The notes beneath the pieces are model-generated. The model was not told the DNA's origin. It worked only from the letters and a program-made list of their open reading frames with translations, and did no database searches. A DNA stretch of 64,000 nucleotides from an uncultured Bacteroidales bacterium. GTDB taxonomy: Bacteria; Bacteroidota; Bacteroidia; Bacteroidales; FEN-979. The translations under genes and the position numbers were made by a program. Shown here one piece after another: positions 7,280 to 14,159 of this stretch (position 1 is the first letter of the stretch; every line of letters starts with the position of its first letter). The stretch lies in NCBI GenBank assembly GCA_963768805.1, contig CAVYJI010000004.1:1415-65414 (forward strand). The letters are read 5' to 3'.

Positions 7280-8767
7280 ATGAGAAAACTAGTCAGGTTA
7301 TTTTGTTTTGCAACCCTTCTCCTGAACTTTTCGGTAATATACGGGTATTGCCAGAATGTATATCCAGTATGCAACAAGCGCGTGGGAGAATTAGAAGCCG
7401 TACAGTCGCAATCCGGCGCTTTTGTGGTTGCTTTGATGAATACTGATTCCATTCCCTTCGGAACCCATTGTTACATAACAATATACAGGAGCACTAATAA
7501 CGGTGTCAGTTGGGATTCTGTAACTTATATCCCGAATCCCAATGGCGGCTATCTTGCTGACCCTGCAATGACAATAGATAGCTCAGGTGTTATCAGCCTG
7601 ATTTTTATGAGCAATCCGTCAAAGGATAAGAGTTATCATAAAATAATTGCAAATCCCTCAAAAGTTGACAGCGGCTATGCAGAGACTCACCTTCATCTTT
7701 ACAGATCGACAGATGAAGGATTGTCCTGGCAATATATCGGTGAGCCGTATTCTGGAATCAATATGGCAGATTATCCCAAGATCATGTCGTCGGGATCGGG
7801 AAAACTGGAACTTACTTATACTCTGTACACACCTGATTCCTTCGTTAATTTTGTTTCTTCCTCCGATGGAGGGGTAACGTGGAGTACCCCGGTTACATTC
7901 ACCTCCCCGCAAGGAAGCACCATATATCAATCGGTAGGGTGTGACCTTGGAATCACGGGAAATAATGCATTTTGCCTGGCATTCGGGGATTATAATTACG
8001 ACAGTATTTATTTTGCAATCAGCACGGACTCAGGGACCATATGGAGTACATTGGATACCATTCCGGGGATCATTACCTGGACTGTTAATAAAGTGATCAG
8101 TCAAAAAGGTATGATCCCAATCGGGATTCTGTCTCATCAGCCGCATACACTTTGGAACCCTCTTTATTTCTCGGTCAGTAACAACCAGGGGGCCACATGG
8201 ATAACGAGCGTACTTTCCGACAGCGCATCTTATGCACAGGGGTTCATTGATACATATGGTATTTTTCATGTTATTTACAATAAACTGGAGCTGCCTGAAT
8301 TCAAACTGATGTATACCTATTCGGATGACGGTGGCATCACCTTCAGGGAACCTGTTGCCCTTTTCTCAGGAACAGAGGACGTAACCGGGTGGACCGGCGA
8401 ATACCAATCACTGATCCTTGCCCAGGACCATATGTTTCATCTGACCTTTATAGACCTTAGTGATTCCGCCCGAACTAAGCAAATTATTTTTGCCCCGGTC
8501 CTCGATGGCATCAGGAACGGGTTAGTAGAGGATAAAATGCCAAGAATATTCCCTAACCCTACCCAAGATGTTCTGAATATAGAAATTCCAGCTGGATCAA
8601 CGTTCACCCGATATGAGATATCAGATATAAAAGGAACAGTTATTCAATCGAATGATCTGAGTGCGGGCAGGTTACAGATCGATTTATCAAAACAGGAAAA
8701 TGGCATGCTGTTTCTGAAATTAATTTCTCCCACCAGAACTGTCATATGCAAGATTAGCAAATGGTGA
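7280..8767 (+). CDS. BNR/Asp-box repeat (sialidase-superfamily beta-propeller) protein with T9SS type-A C-terminal sorting domain
   Basis: Six SxDxGxTW-type boxes (STNNGVSWD, STDEGLSWQ, SSDGGVTWS, STDSGTIWS, SNNQGATWI, SDDGGITF), a signal peptide and the C-terminal ..IFPNPTQDVLNIEI.. CTD. Confidence 0.85.
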   Translation: MRKLVRLFCFATLLLNFSVIYGYCQNVYPVCNKRVGELEAVQSQSGAFVVALMNTDSIPFGTHCYITIYRSTNNGVSWDSVTYIPNPNGGYLADPAMTIDSSGVISLIFMSNPSKDKSYHKIIANPSKVDSGYAETHLHLYRSTDEGLSWQYIGEPYSGINMADYPKIMSSGSGKLELTYTLYTPDSFVNFVSSSDGGVTWSTPVTFTSPQGSTIYQSVGCDLGITGNNAFCLAFGDYNYDSIYFAISTDSGTIWSTLDTIPGIITWTVNKVISQKGMIPIGILSHQPHTLWNPLYFSVSNNQGATWITSVLSDSASYAQGFIDTYGIFHVIYNKLELPEFKLMYTYSDDGGITFREPVALFSGTEDVTGWTGEYQSLILAQDHMFHLTFIDLSDSARTKQIIFAPVLDGIRNGLVEDKMPRIFPNPTQDVLNIEIPAGSTFTRYEISDIKGTVIQSNDLSAGRLQIDLSKQENGMLFLKLISPTRTVICKISKW

Positions 8768-8773
8768 AAGATC

Positions 8774-8836
8774 CGTAATACGTGACGCGCAATACGTGAT
8801 TCGTGATACGCGATGCGGGATGCGTTACTCGTGTAC
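8774..8836. repeat. nine degenerate CGNNNNN heptads filling a convergent intergenic gap
   Basis: cgtaata cgtgacg cgcaata cgtgatt cgtgata cgcgatg cgggatg cgttact cgtgtac. The array lies between the stop at 8767 (+) and the stop at 8838 (-). Confidence 0.85.
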
Positions 8837-8837
8837 C

Positions 8838-9926
8838 TTAGGCCTGTGATAATAATGCGAACAGCGGCTCATTGATATAATAGTTCCCAACTCCCAGTTT
8901 CTTCTTAGTAAGGAAACCATCGTCGGAAAGCTGGTTAAGGTAATTTGCCGCTGTTATCCGTGAAACCTTCAGATCCTTTTGAATGAACTCTATCTTCGTG
9001 TACGGATGACAGAACAGATTATTTATCAGTTCCTGGCTGTAAAACTTGTAGCCATCCCGTATCCGGTGTTTGTAATCCATCATAAGGTCTTTGATCTTCA
9101 ATATCAGGGAGATCGTATCGATGGACGTTTTTTCAATGCCATCAAGTATAAAAAGGATCCATGGTTCCCACTCACCTTTCTCACTCACATTCTGCAGATG
9201 CTGGTAACAATCACCTTGATGATCAATAATGAAACGGCTTAAGTAAAGAATGGGCAGGTGTAAAAGAGATTTCTGAACGAGGTATAAAATATTAATGATC
9301 CTTCCTGTACGGCCATTCCCGTCAAAAAAAGGATGGATACTTTCAAACTGAAAATGAATCACTGCCATTTTTACCAGAGGATCCACTTCACTCAAAGAAT
9401 CATCATTGATGTATCTTTCCAGGTCAGTCATAGCCTTCACAATTATATCATAATCCTGGGGAGGAGTAAAGACAGTTTCCCCGGTCTGATCATTTTTCAA
9501 TACAGTTCCCGGCAACTTCCTGAACCCGGCTTTGTTCATTTCAAGGACAGACTGAATCTTAAGGATATGATTGGCCGTGATCAGGTTGTTCCTCCGTACA
9601 AGATCGAACCCGGTATTCAGTGCAGCCACATAATTCTGGACTTCTTTAGTTGCAACTGTCTGCCACCCGCTTACATTCAATCCTGCCTTGTATAATTCAT
9701 CCTGAGTAGTAATAATATTCTCAACAGCAGAACTGTCTTTTGCTTCCTGCAATCCCAGAGTATTCAGCAATATTGCCTGGTTGGGAATAGTACCGGCAAC
9801 TCCCTTCAACTCAGCCAGGGCACGATGAGCCAATGGCAACTTTTTAAGGACCTTTCTTGACTCAAGCTCGATACCCGGAGGCAGAATTCCGGGCTGCCAT
9901 GGAATATTTGCAGGATTCGTTTCCAT
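8838..9926 (-). CDS. Fic/DOC family protein (AMPylase-type) with C-terminal winged-helix
   Basis: Canonical Fic motif HPFFDGNGRTGR (HxFx[D/E]GNGRxxR). Fic N-terminal region and C-terminal HTH-like tail. Confidence 0.9.
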   Translation of the reverse strand: METNPANIPWQPGILPPGIELESRKVLKKLPLAHRALAELKGVAGTIPNQAILLNTLGLQEAKDSSAVENIITTQDELYKAGLNVSGWQTVATKEVQNYVAALNTGFDLVRRNNLITANHILKIQSVLEMNKAGFRKLPGTVLKNDQTGETVFTPPQDYDIIVKAMTDLERYINDDSLSEVDPLVKMAVIHFQFESIHPFFDGNGRTGRIINILYLVQKSLLHLPILYLSRFIIDHQGDCYQHLQNVSEKGEWEPWILFILDGIEKTSIDTISLILKIKDLMMDYKHRIRDGYKFYSQELINNLFCHPYTKIEFIQKDLKVSRITAANYLNQLSDDGFLTKKKLGVGNYYINEPLFALLSQA

Positions 9927-9947
9927 TTGCCAGGTTTTTATCGAAAT

Positions 9948-10035
9948 CTTTACAAAGGAGAGTCTTATGTAAAGATTTCTTCATTTCCTTTACAAAGGTA
10001 GTAAGATATGTAAAGAAAATTGGATTTTCTTTACA
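9948..10035. promoter_or_regulatory. five phased CTTTACA/TGTAAAG heptamers (operator-like) upstream of fic
   Basis: CTTTACA at 9948, 9988 and 10029 alternates with TGTAAAG at 9968 and 10009, at 20-21 bp spacing. The same CTTTACA-N13-TGTAAAG pair occurs at 7152-7178 next to the Fic remnant. Confidence 0.6.
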
Positions 10036-10037
10036 CA

Positions 10038-10069
10038 ATAGAGGGGTTCAAAATCTTGAACCCCTCTAT
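10038..10069. repeat. REP-like perfect palindrome ATAGAGGGGTTCAA-AATC-TTGAACCCCTCTAT
   Basis: 14-bp arms and a 4-nt loop, in the divergent fic/ATPase intergenic region. The core GGGGTTCAAAAT.TTGAACCCC recurs inside the RAYT gene (11919-11948). Confidence 0.85.
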
Positions 10070-10123
10070 TGACAAAAGCGAATATTTATGTAAATTTGCA
10101 GTACAAATACAAAATTACATAAA

Positions 10124-11278
10124 ATGATCCAGAGAAGCTTATCCGAAACCATATTGAAATTTGCCGGAAAGTACCCGGTAGTTTCTATCACCGGCCCCAG
10201 GCAATCAGGAAAAACAACATTGGTGAAAGCCCTTTTTCCAAAGCATAAATATATATCCCTGGAGAACCCGGAAACAAGGAGCATTACCCTGAGTGATCCT
10301 AAAAGTTTATTCGAGCCGAAAAATCAGTTTTTGATCCTTGATGAGATTCAGCATGTTCCTGACTTGTTATCGTACATCCAAGTGATCTCTGATGAAGAGA
10401 AAATACACGGACAATTCATCCTGACCGGTTCACAGAGCCTGATCCTGAGTGAAAAGATATCCCAGACGCTGGCAGGCCGAACGGCGATCCTGAAATTACT
10501 CCCGTTCAGTCTGTCTGAAATCAGCGAATTGAAGCAGGTAAAGGATTTTTCATACGAAGACTTCATCTTTAAAGGATTTTACCCCAGAACATATGATCAG
10601 GACATTTCCCCTGAGGAGTTTTATCCTTTCTACCTGGAAACCTATGTACAAAGGGATGTTAGAGAAATTCAGAACGTAAGGGATCTGAACACGTTTACCA
10701 ATTTTGTAAGACTGTGTGCCGGACGTATTGGCCAGCTTATGGATTATTCTTCTCTCGCTAAAGATACGGGTGTCAATGTCGGAACCATTAAGGGCTGGAT
10801 TTCGATCCTGGAAGCAGGATTCATCGTTTTCCAGCTTTACCCTTATTATAAGAATTTCGGAAAAAGAATGATCAAGGCCCCGAAACTTTATTTTACAGAT
10901 CCCGGGCTTGCTGCTTTTCTCCTGGGAATTAAAAGCGCTGAGCAAGTGAGGACTCACTACCTGAAGGGTTCCCTGTTTGAGAACCTGGCCGTTCTTGAAT
11001 TGCTTAAGCAGCGATTAAATCAGGGTCTTCCCCATGATCTCTGGTTTCTCCGGGATAGTAATCACAATGAAGTGGATGTTGTTGCTGAGAAGGAACAACT
11101 GCAGTGGATCGAGATGAAATCTGCGCGAACGTTTTCGCCTGATTTTCTGAACTCGTTTCGTTTCCTTGATAAAAATCCGGAAACTCAAAACGGAAATAAA
11201 TCGATCATTTATGGGGGTGATGAATCCTTTACCTATAAAGAAGTGCAAATTATGTCTTGGAGAGACCTGGGAATTTGA
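10124..11278 (+). CDS. AAA-family ATPase with DUF4143-type C-terminal domain
   Basis: Walker A ITGPRQSGKTTL and Walker B FLILDEIQHVP. The length and C-terminal half are typical of the AAA_14/DUF4143 'ATP-binding protein' family. Confidence 0.8.
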   Translation: MIQRSLSETILKFAGKYPVVSITGPRQSGKTTLVKALFPKHKYISLENPETRSITLSDPKSLFEPKNQFLILDEIQHVPDLLSYIQVISDEEKIHGQFILTGSQSLILSEKISQTLAGRTAILKLLPFSLSEISELKQVKDFSYEDFIFKGFYPRTYDQDISPEEFYPFYLETYVQRDVREIQNVRDLNTFTNFVRLCAGRIGQLMDYSSLAKDTGVNVGTIKGWISILEAGFIVFQLYPYYKNFGKRMIKAPKLYFTDPGLAAFLLGIKSAEQVRTHYLKGSLFENLAVLELLKQRLNQGLPHDLWFLRDSNHNEVDVVAEKEQLQWIEMKSARTFSPDFLNSFRFLDKNPETQNGNKSIIYGGDESFTYKEVQIMSWRDLGI

Positions 11279-11524
11279 CTTCAGATTCCCTACCCAGATG
11301 AGTTTAACTAAAAGCACTGCTTATTTTCAAATTAGCAGTATATTTGGTTAAATAAAACTCAGCTTCCATTTAGTTGATAGTTTAAACTAAAATCACCCAA
11401 AAAAAGTAGGTTCGAATCCCATTACGATCCGAACCCAGGACCCCTTTTATAGGCTCAAAATTGTTGCCTAACGGCCTGCCTAACGAAAATTGACTAATGC
11501 TATAACATAGGCCATTAGCGGCGT

Positions 11525-11652
11525 TCAGAAGGTACTATTGAATCCCAGGCAGATCACAGCCCAAATGGCAAAGTGCAAGGTGCAATTACGTGCATTTTGC
11601 ACTTTTTTTTATACACCCTGCACTTTTCTATTGCATTTTACACTTCTCGCCT
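11525..11652 (+). ncRNA. X element copy c
   Basis: Leader is CAGAAGGTACTATTGAATCCCAGGCAGATCACAGCCCAAATGG. The stem pairs AAAGTGCAA (11570-11578) with TTGCACTTT (11597-11605) and has an inner TGCA/TGCA stem, followed by a T8 run (11603-11610). Confidence 0.35.
11570..11610 (+). terminator. hairpin + T8, intrinsic-terminator-like (part of X copy c)
   Basis: ~15-bp composite stem followed by TTTTTTTT on the plus strand, about 290 nt downstream of the ATPase gene. Confidence 0.45.
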
Positions 11653-11671
11653 TCTGGTTCGCGATTCATAG

Positions 11672-12325
11672 TTAATCAATCCATTTTTCCGGATTAGTGC
11701 TAATGTATTCCGAAATCCGGCGGTAAGACGCTTCATTCCGTATGAGATGTTCATAATAGTTCCGTTGCCAGAGTCGCGTTCCCATTTGATTTTCACGAAA
11801 CCATTTTGTCACCCCGGTTTTATATCCACGGATAACAGTCCCAACCGACCGTGGGATTATTTTTTGGAATTCATGGTGTTGATGTTTTATGGATACAACA
11901 TTTCGTTTTAATGGTCGTCGTAGGGGTTCAAAATTTTGAACCCCTACGAAATTTTGAACCCCTACGATACCGGTATATCCATCAATCGCCCCATTTTGCC
12001 CATTACCCACATCGGAATGTCCATCGATCCCCGCATTTTCCCGATGTTCCGGATTGTTTACCAATTCAATAATCCCATGAATATGATCCGGCATCACAAT
12101 GAAATCATGCAAAACCACATTTGGATAATGGATCGGGATTTCCATCCAACATTTTTGGGCAATGACCCCTGTTTCATTCAAATACATCATGGCATTGTCA
12201 ATGAATCTGAATATCCTTTGTTTTTCATGGGTACAGATTGTAATAAAAAATATCCCATCTTGCGAATAATCATAACCTTTTAACCGTGTACTGCGACGAT
12301 GATGATATTGTGTAAAATCTTTCAT
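11672..12325 (-). CDS. REP-associated tyrosine transposase (RAYT) / IS200-like Y1 HUH transposase
   Basis: HUH motif in FIVMPDHIHGIIEL and a C-terminal catalytic-Tyr region WQRNYYEHLIRN. Single gene without IS ends. Variable insert between the motifs. Confidence 0.8.
   Translation of the reverse strand: MKDFTQYHHRRSTRLKGYDYSQDGIFFITICTHEKQRIFRFIDNAMMYLNETGVIAQKCWMEIPIHYPNVVLHDFIVMPDHIHGIIELVNNPEHRENAGIDGHSDVGNGQNGAIDGYTGIVGVQNFVGVQNFEPLRRPLKRNVVSIKHQHHEFQKIIPRSVGTVIRGYKTGVTKWFRENQMGTRLWQRNYYEHLIRNEASYRRISEYISTNPEKWID
11919..11966 (-). repeat. GTAG-headed REP palindrome plus an extra half-site, in frame inside the RAYT gene
   Basis: In gene sense the sequence reads GTAGGGGTTCAAAATTTC GTAGGGGTTCAAAATTTTGAACCCCTAC, which encodes VGVQNFVGVQNFEPL. 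The palindrome spans 11919-11948 and the extra arm 11949-11966. Confidence 0.85.
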
Positions 12326-12444
12326 CTGTTGTTTTTCACCTTTATGTGCTGAGAAAGCAAAAGGTGGTACATGAATGGAAATAATTATGCGATTCTGCCA
12401 TCGGGGGGCTTGTATTTCCGTTCGGCTTCATGGAAACAATTCAA

Positions 12445-12558
12445 GGCACTCTTACATGCCGGTAGCTGCTTGCAAAATTTTATCCGACTTTTAATTTGCT
12501 ATTCGTAATCACGGTTTGGGACAGGGATCCCTTTGCCTTACCAACTGCCCCGGCCTGC
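12445..12558 (-). repeat. junction element family R2, copy 4 (diverged)
   Basis: Lies 3' of orf107. The blocks are the hairpin GGCActcttacaTGCC, then ..GCAAAATTTTATCCGAC.., then ..TTGCCTTACCAACTGCCCCGGCCTGC, in the same order and orientation as the other copies. Confidence 0.55.
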
Positions 12559-12569
12559 GATTTACGGCT

Positions 12570-12588
12570 CGTTGTAGGCAATGCAATT
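12570..12588. repeat. 19-bp inverted repeat, left arm (CGTTGTAGGCAATGCAATT)
   Basis: The reverse complement of 12981-12999 (AATTGCATTACCTACAACG) matches at 18/19 positions. The pair brackets orf107. Confidence 0.85.
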
Positions 12589-12598
12589 TGATTATTTC

Positions 12599-12922
12599 TC
12601 AATAATATACTTCATTTATAAATGCAACAATAATTAATAAAACAAATAAAACTAACGATGGCAGAATTAAAATTATTGAAATATATTTAATCTTCTTATT
12701 TGATCTGGTTTTCCATTTCTTTAATATCCATATTAATGATATAAAGGCGGTTAGTACACTGATCAAAAGAAATGAAGCAAAAAAATAGGTATATGTATTT
12801 GAATCATATTTTGATATTAATCCAAAAATATTATGATCTATTGTACTAAGTATAGAAACTGCTGTTGAGATTATTGAAACAATAGATAAAGTTAAAGTTA
12901 CTTTTTCTCCTTTGGATGCCAT
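12599..12922 (-). CDS. small hypothetical membrane protein (3 predicted TM segments)
   Basis: 107-aa ORF with three hydrophobic stretches. AT-rich. No family recognised. Confidence 0.55.
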   Translation of the reverse strand: MASKGEKVTLTLSIVSIISTAVSILSTIDHNIFGLISKYDSNTYTYFFASFLLISVLTAFISLIWILKKWKTRSNKKIKYISIILILPSLVLFVLLIIVAFINEVYY

Positions 12923-12980
12923 ACCCGATTATTTTATTTTTTAATAAAGGCCCGGTTAAAAAAATAGTTAAACCTTGACG

Positions 12981-13124
12981 AATTGCATTACCTACAACGC
13001 CCTACCCGCAGCAGCAGTGCGGATGTTAGCAGATTTTATCTTTGCTTGTTGTTTCCATTTTAGTAGCCACACCTACTTTCCTTACCGATAAACCCCGCAT
13101 TGAGGCTGCACGCTCCTTAGCTGT
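12981..13124 (-). repeat. junction element family R2, copy 2 (its first 19 nt are the right arm of the orf107 inverted repeat)
   Basis: Lies 3' of orf218. 13031-13090 matches 3301-3360 at 50/60 positions without gaps. Variable hairpin CCGCAGCAGCAGTGCGG at 13006-13022. Confidence 0.85.
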
Positions 13125-13133
13125 AAATAAATA

Positions 13134-13790
13134 TCAATATTTTTGCCCAGCACGAATTGATTTATTTACGGTTTTATTAATGGCGAATTCTTTTACCGTT
13201 ATTGTCATTGAATAGTCAAAATGCAGTAGAATCCACCCGTAATTGTAAACTCCGTTATTCCACAATCTGAATCCAAAATAAGTGTCACCTGCAAAACTAT
13301 TACAATCACAACCTATTGACGCCCCCTGACAAAATGTTGCAACACTATTCGTATAGGTGGATTTATTTGAAATCACCGAATCATTTGAGAATGAATGAGC
13401 GACTTTGCAAGAACCTGATGTGCCCGAATACGCTATACCAGCTGAATTATTTATCATGTATATTCCAGAATAAAAATTATAATTTGCCGCTGGATTACTG
13501 GCACTGACGAAATTATACGATGTTGAAATACCTACTCCCATATCACTTATTTTGTCTTTGTCAATATCTAATAACATACCAGCTGATGAATCAGCTGGTA
13601 CTGGTATATCTTGTCCAATTTCATTCTTCCAGGTACGTACGGATGTAAATGATGTATCGGGAGAAATGTCAGTATATATGATTTCATCTCCAACCGGTAA
13701 ACCAGGAAGGACATCGCTTCTTTTCTTGCAATATGGTAATATAGAACTGATGAAGATCAAAATGATGGATAATTTAAGAAATCTTTTCAT
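13134..13790 (-). CDS. hypothetical lipoprotein
   Basis: 218-aa ORF. Lipoprotein-type signal MKRFLKLSIILIFISSILPYC. Ser/Asn/Tyr-rich beta-type sequence. Confidence 0.6.
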   Translation of the reverse strand: MKRFLKLSIILIFISSILPYCKKRSDVLPGLPVGDEIIYTDISPDTSFTSVRTWKNEIGQDIPVPADSSAGMLLDIDKDKISDMGVGISTSYNFVSASNPAANYNFYSGIYMINNSAGIAYSGTSGSCKVAHSFSNDSVISNKSTYTNSVATFCQGASIGCDCNSFAGDTYFGFRLWNNGVYNYGWILLHFDYSMTITVKEFAINKTVNKSIRAGQKY

Positions 13791-13810
13791 TTTACCTATA
13801 TTTATTTACA

Positions 13811-13955
13811 GCTAACGACTGTGTAAACTCAACTATTGATGCTATTGTAACCATGTTTTCATCCGAAACCTGCGGTTATCCACCAAATATAATCCAAATT
13901 ATTGCACAAAGAATATTCCGGAATATTATTTTTGAATGAAAAAGACATCAAGAGG
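13811..13955 (-). repeat. leader repeat family R1, copy 2
   Basis: GCTAACGACTGTGTAAACTCAACTATTGATG...AAAGACATCAAGAGG matches 4939-5128 minus the 44-nt insertion. Ends 21 nt upstream of the orf218 ATG. Confidence 0.85.
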
Positions 13956-14049
13956 TTTATTTTTAAACGAACTACCCCGTTGCAAGCAGCGATACTTAAA
14001 CAAAATCTATCTCGATGTATTTAAAAAGGTAAATGCAGATTGGTATATC

Positions 14050-14105
14050 ATAATCCACCCGGAGTAAATCCATTCAAAAAATGGAGATCGCTCCGGGTGG
14101 ATAAT
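14050..14105. other. long composite hairpin 3' of the T9SS cargo gene
   Basis: The outer stem pairs ATCCACCCGGAG (14053-14064) with CTCCGGGTGGAT (14091-14102). The inner stem is TCCAT/ATGGA. No flanking T-run in gene sense. Confidence 0.7.
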
Positions 14106-14159
14106 CCGGTTTGCTGCAGAACCATTCAGTTAACAGCAATAATTATTGAAAAAGAAGAC

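Noticed and set aside
11405-11440. GGTTCGAATCC (a tRNA T-loop-like string), which suggested a tRNA gene or a tRNA-derived att site
   Set aside because: No matching acceptor 5' strand, D-arm or anticodon arm lies in the preceding 70 nt, and the putative T-stem pairs at only 4/5 positions. The string is better explained as one arm of the local hairpin GGTTCGAATC-ccattac-GATCCGAACC.
11851-12283. Plus-strand ORFs 11851-12072 and 11936-12283 opposite the RAYT gene
   Set aside because: The minus-strand product has the HUH and catalytic Tyr motifs. The plus-strand translations are His/Pro/Asn-rich with no recognisable motif.
1529-13124. Calling the R2/R1 elements bona fide integron attC sites
   Set aside because: I could not find clean RYYYAAC...GTTRRRY inverse-core/core pairs within individual elements, only approximate ones such as GCTAAC..GTTGTAG. 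The element families are heterogeneous and no intI is present in the window. This is kept as a hypothesis in the findings, not as an annotation.
13884-13910. A Bacteroidetes-type promoter (TTTG -33 / TAnnTTTG -7) inside the R1 leader repeat
   Set aside because: A TATATTTG box exists on the gene strand (complement of 13884-13891), but the nearest upstream TTTG is only 15 nt away rather than the usual ~19-21. Such strings are frequent in AT-rich DNA. Left unannotated.
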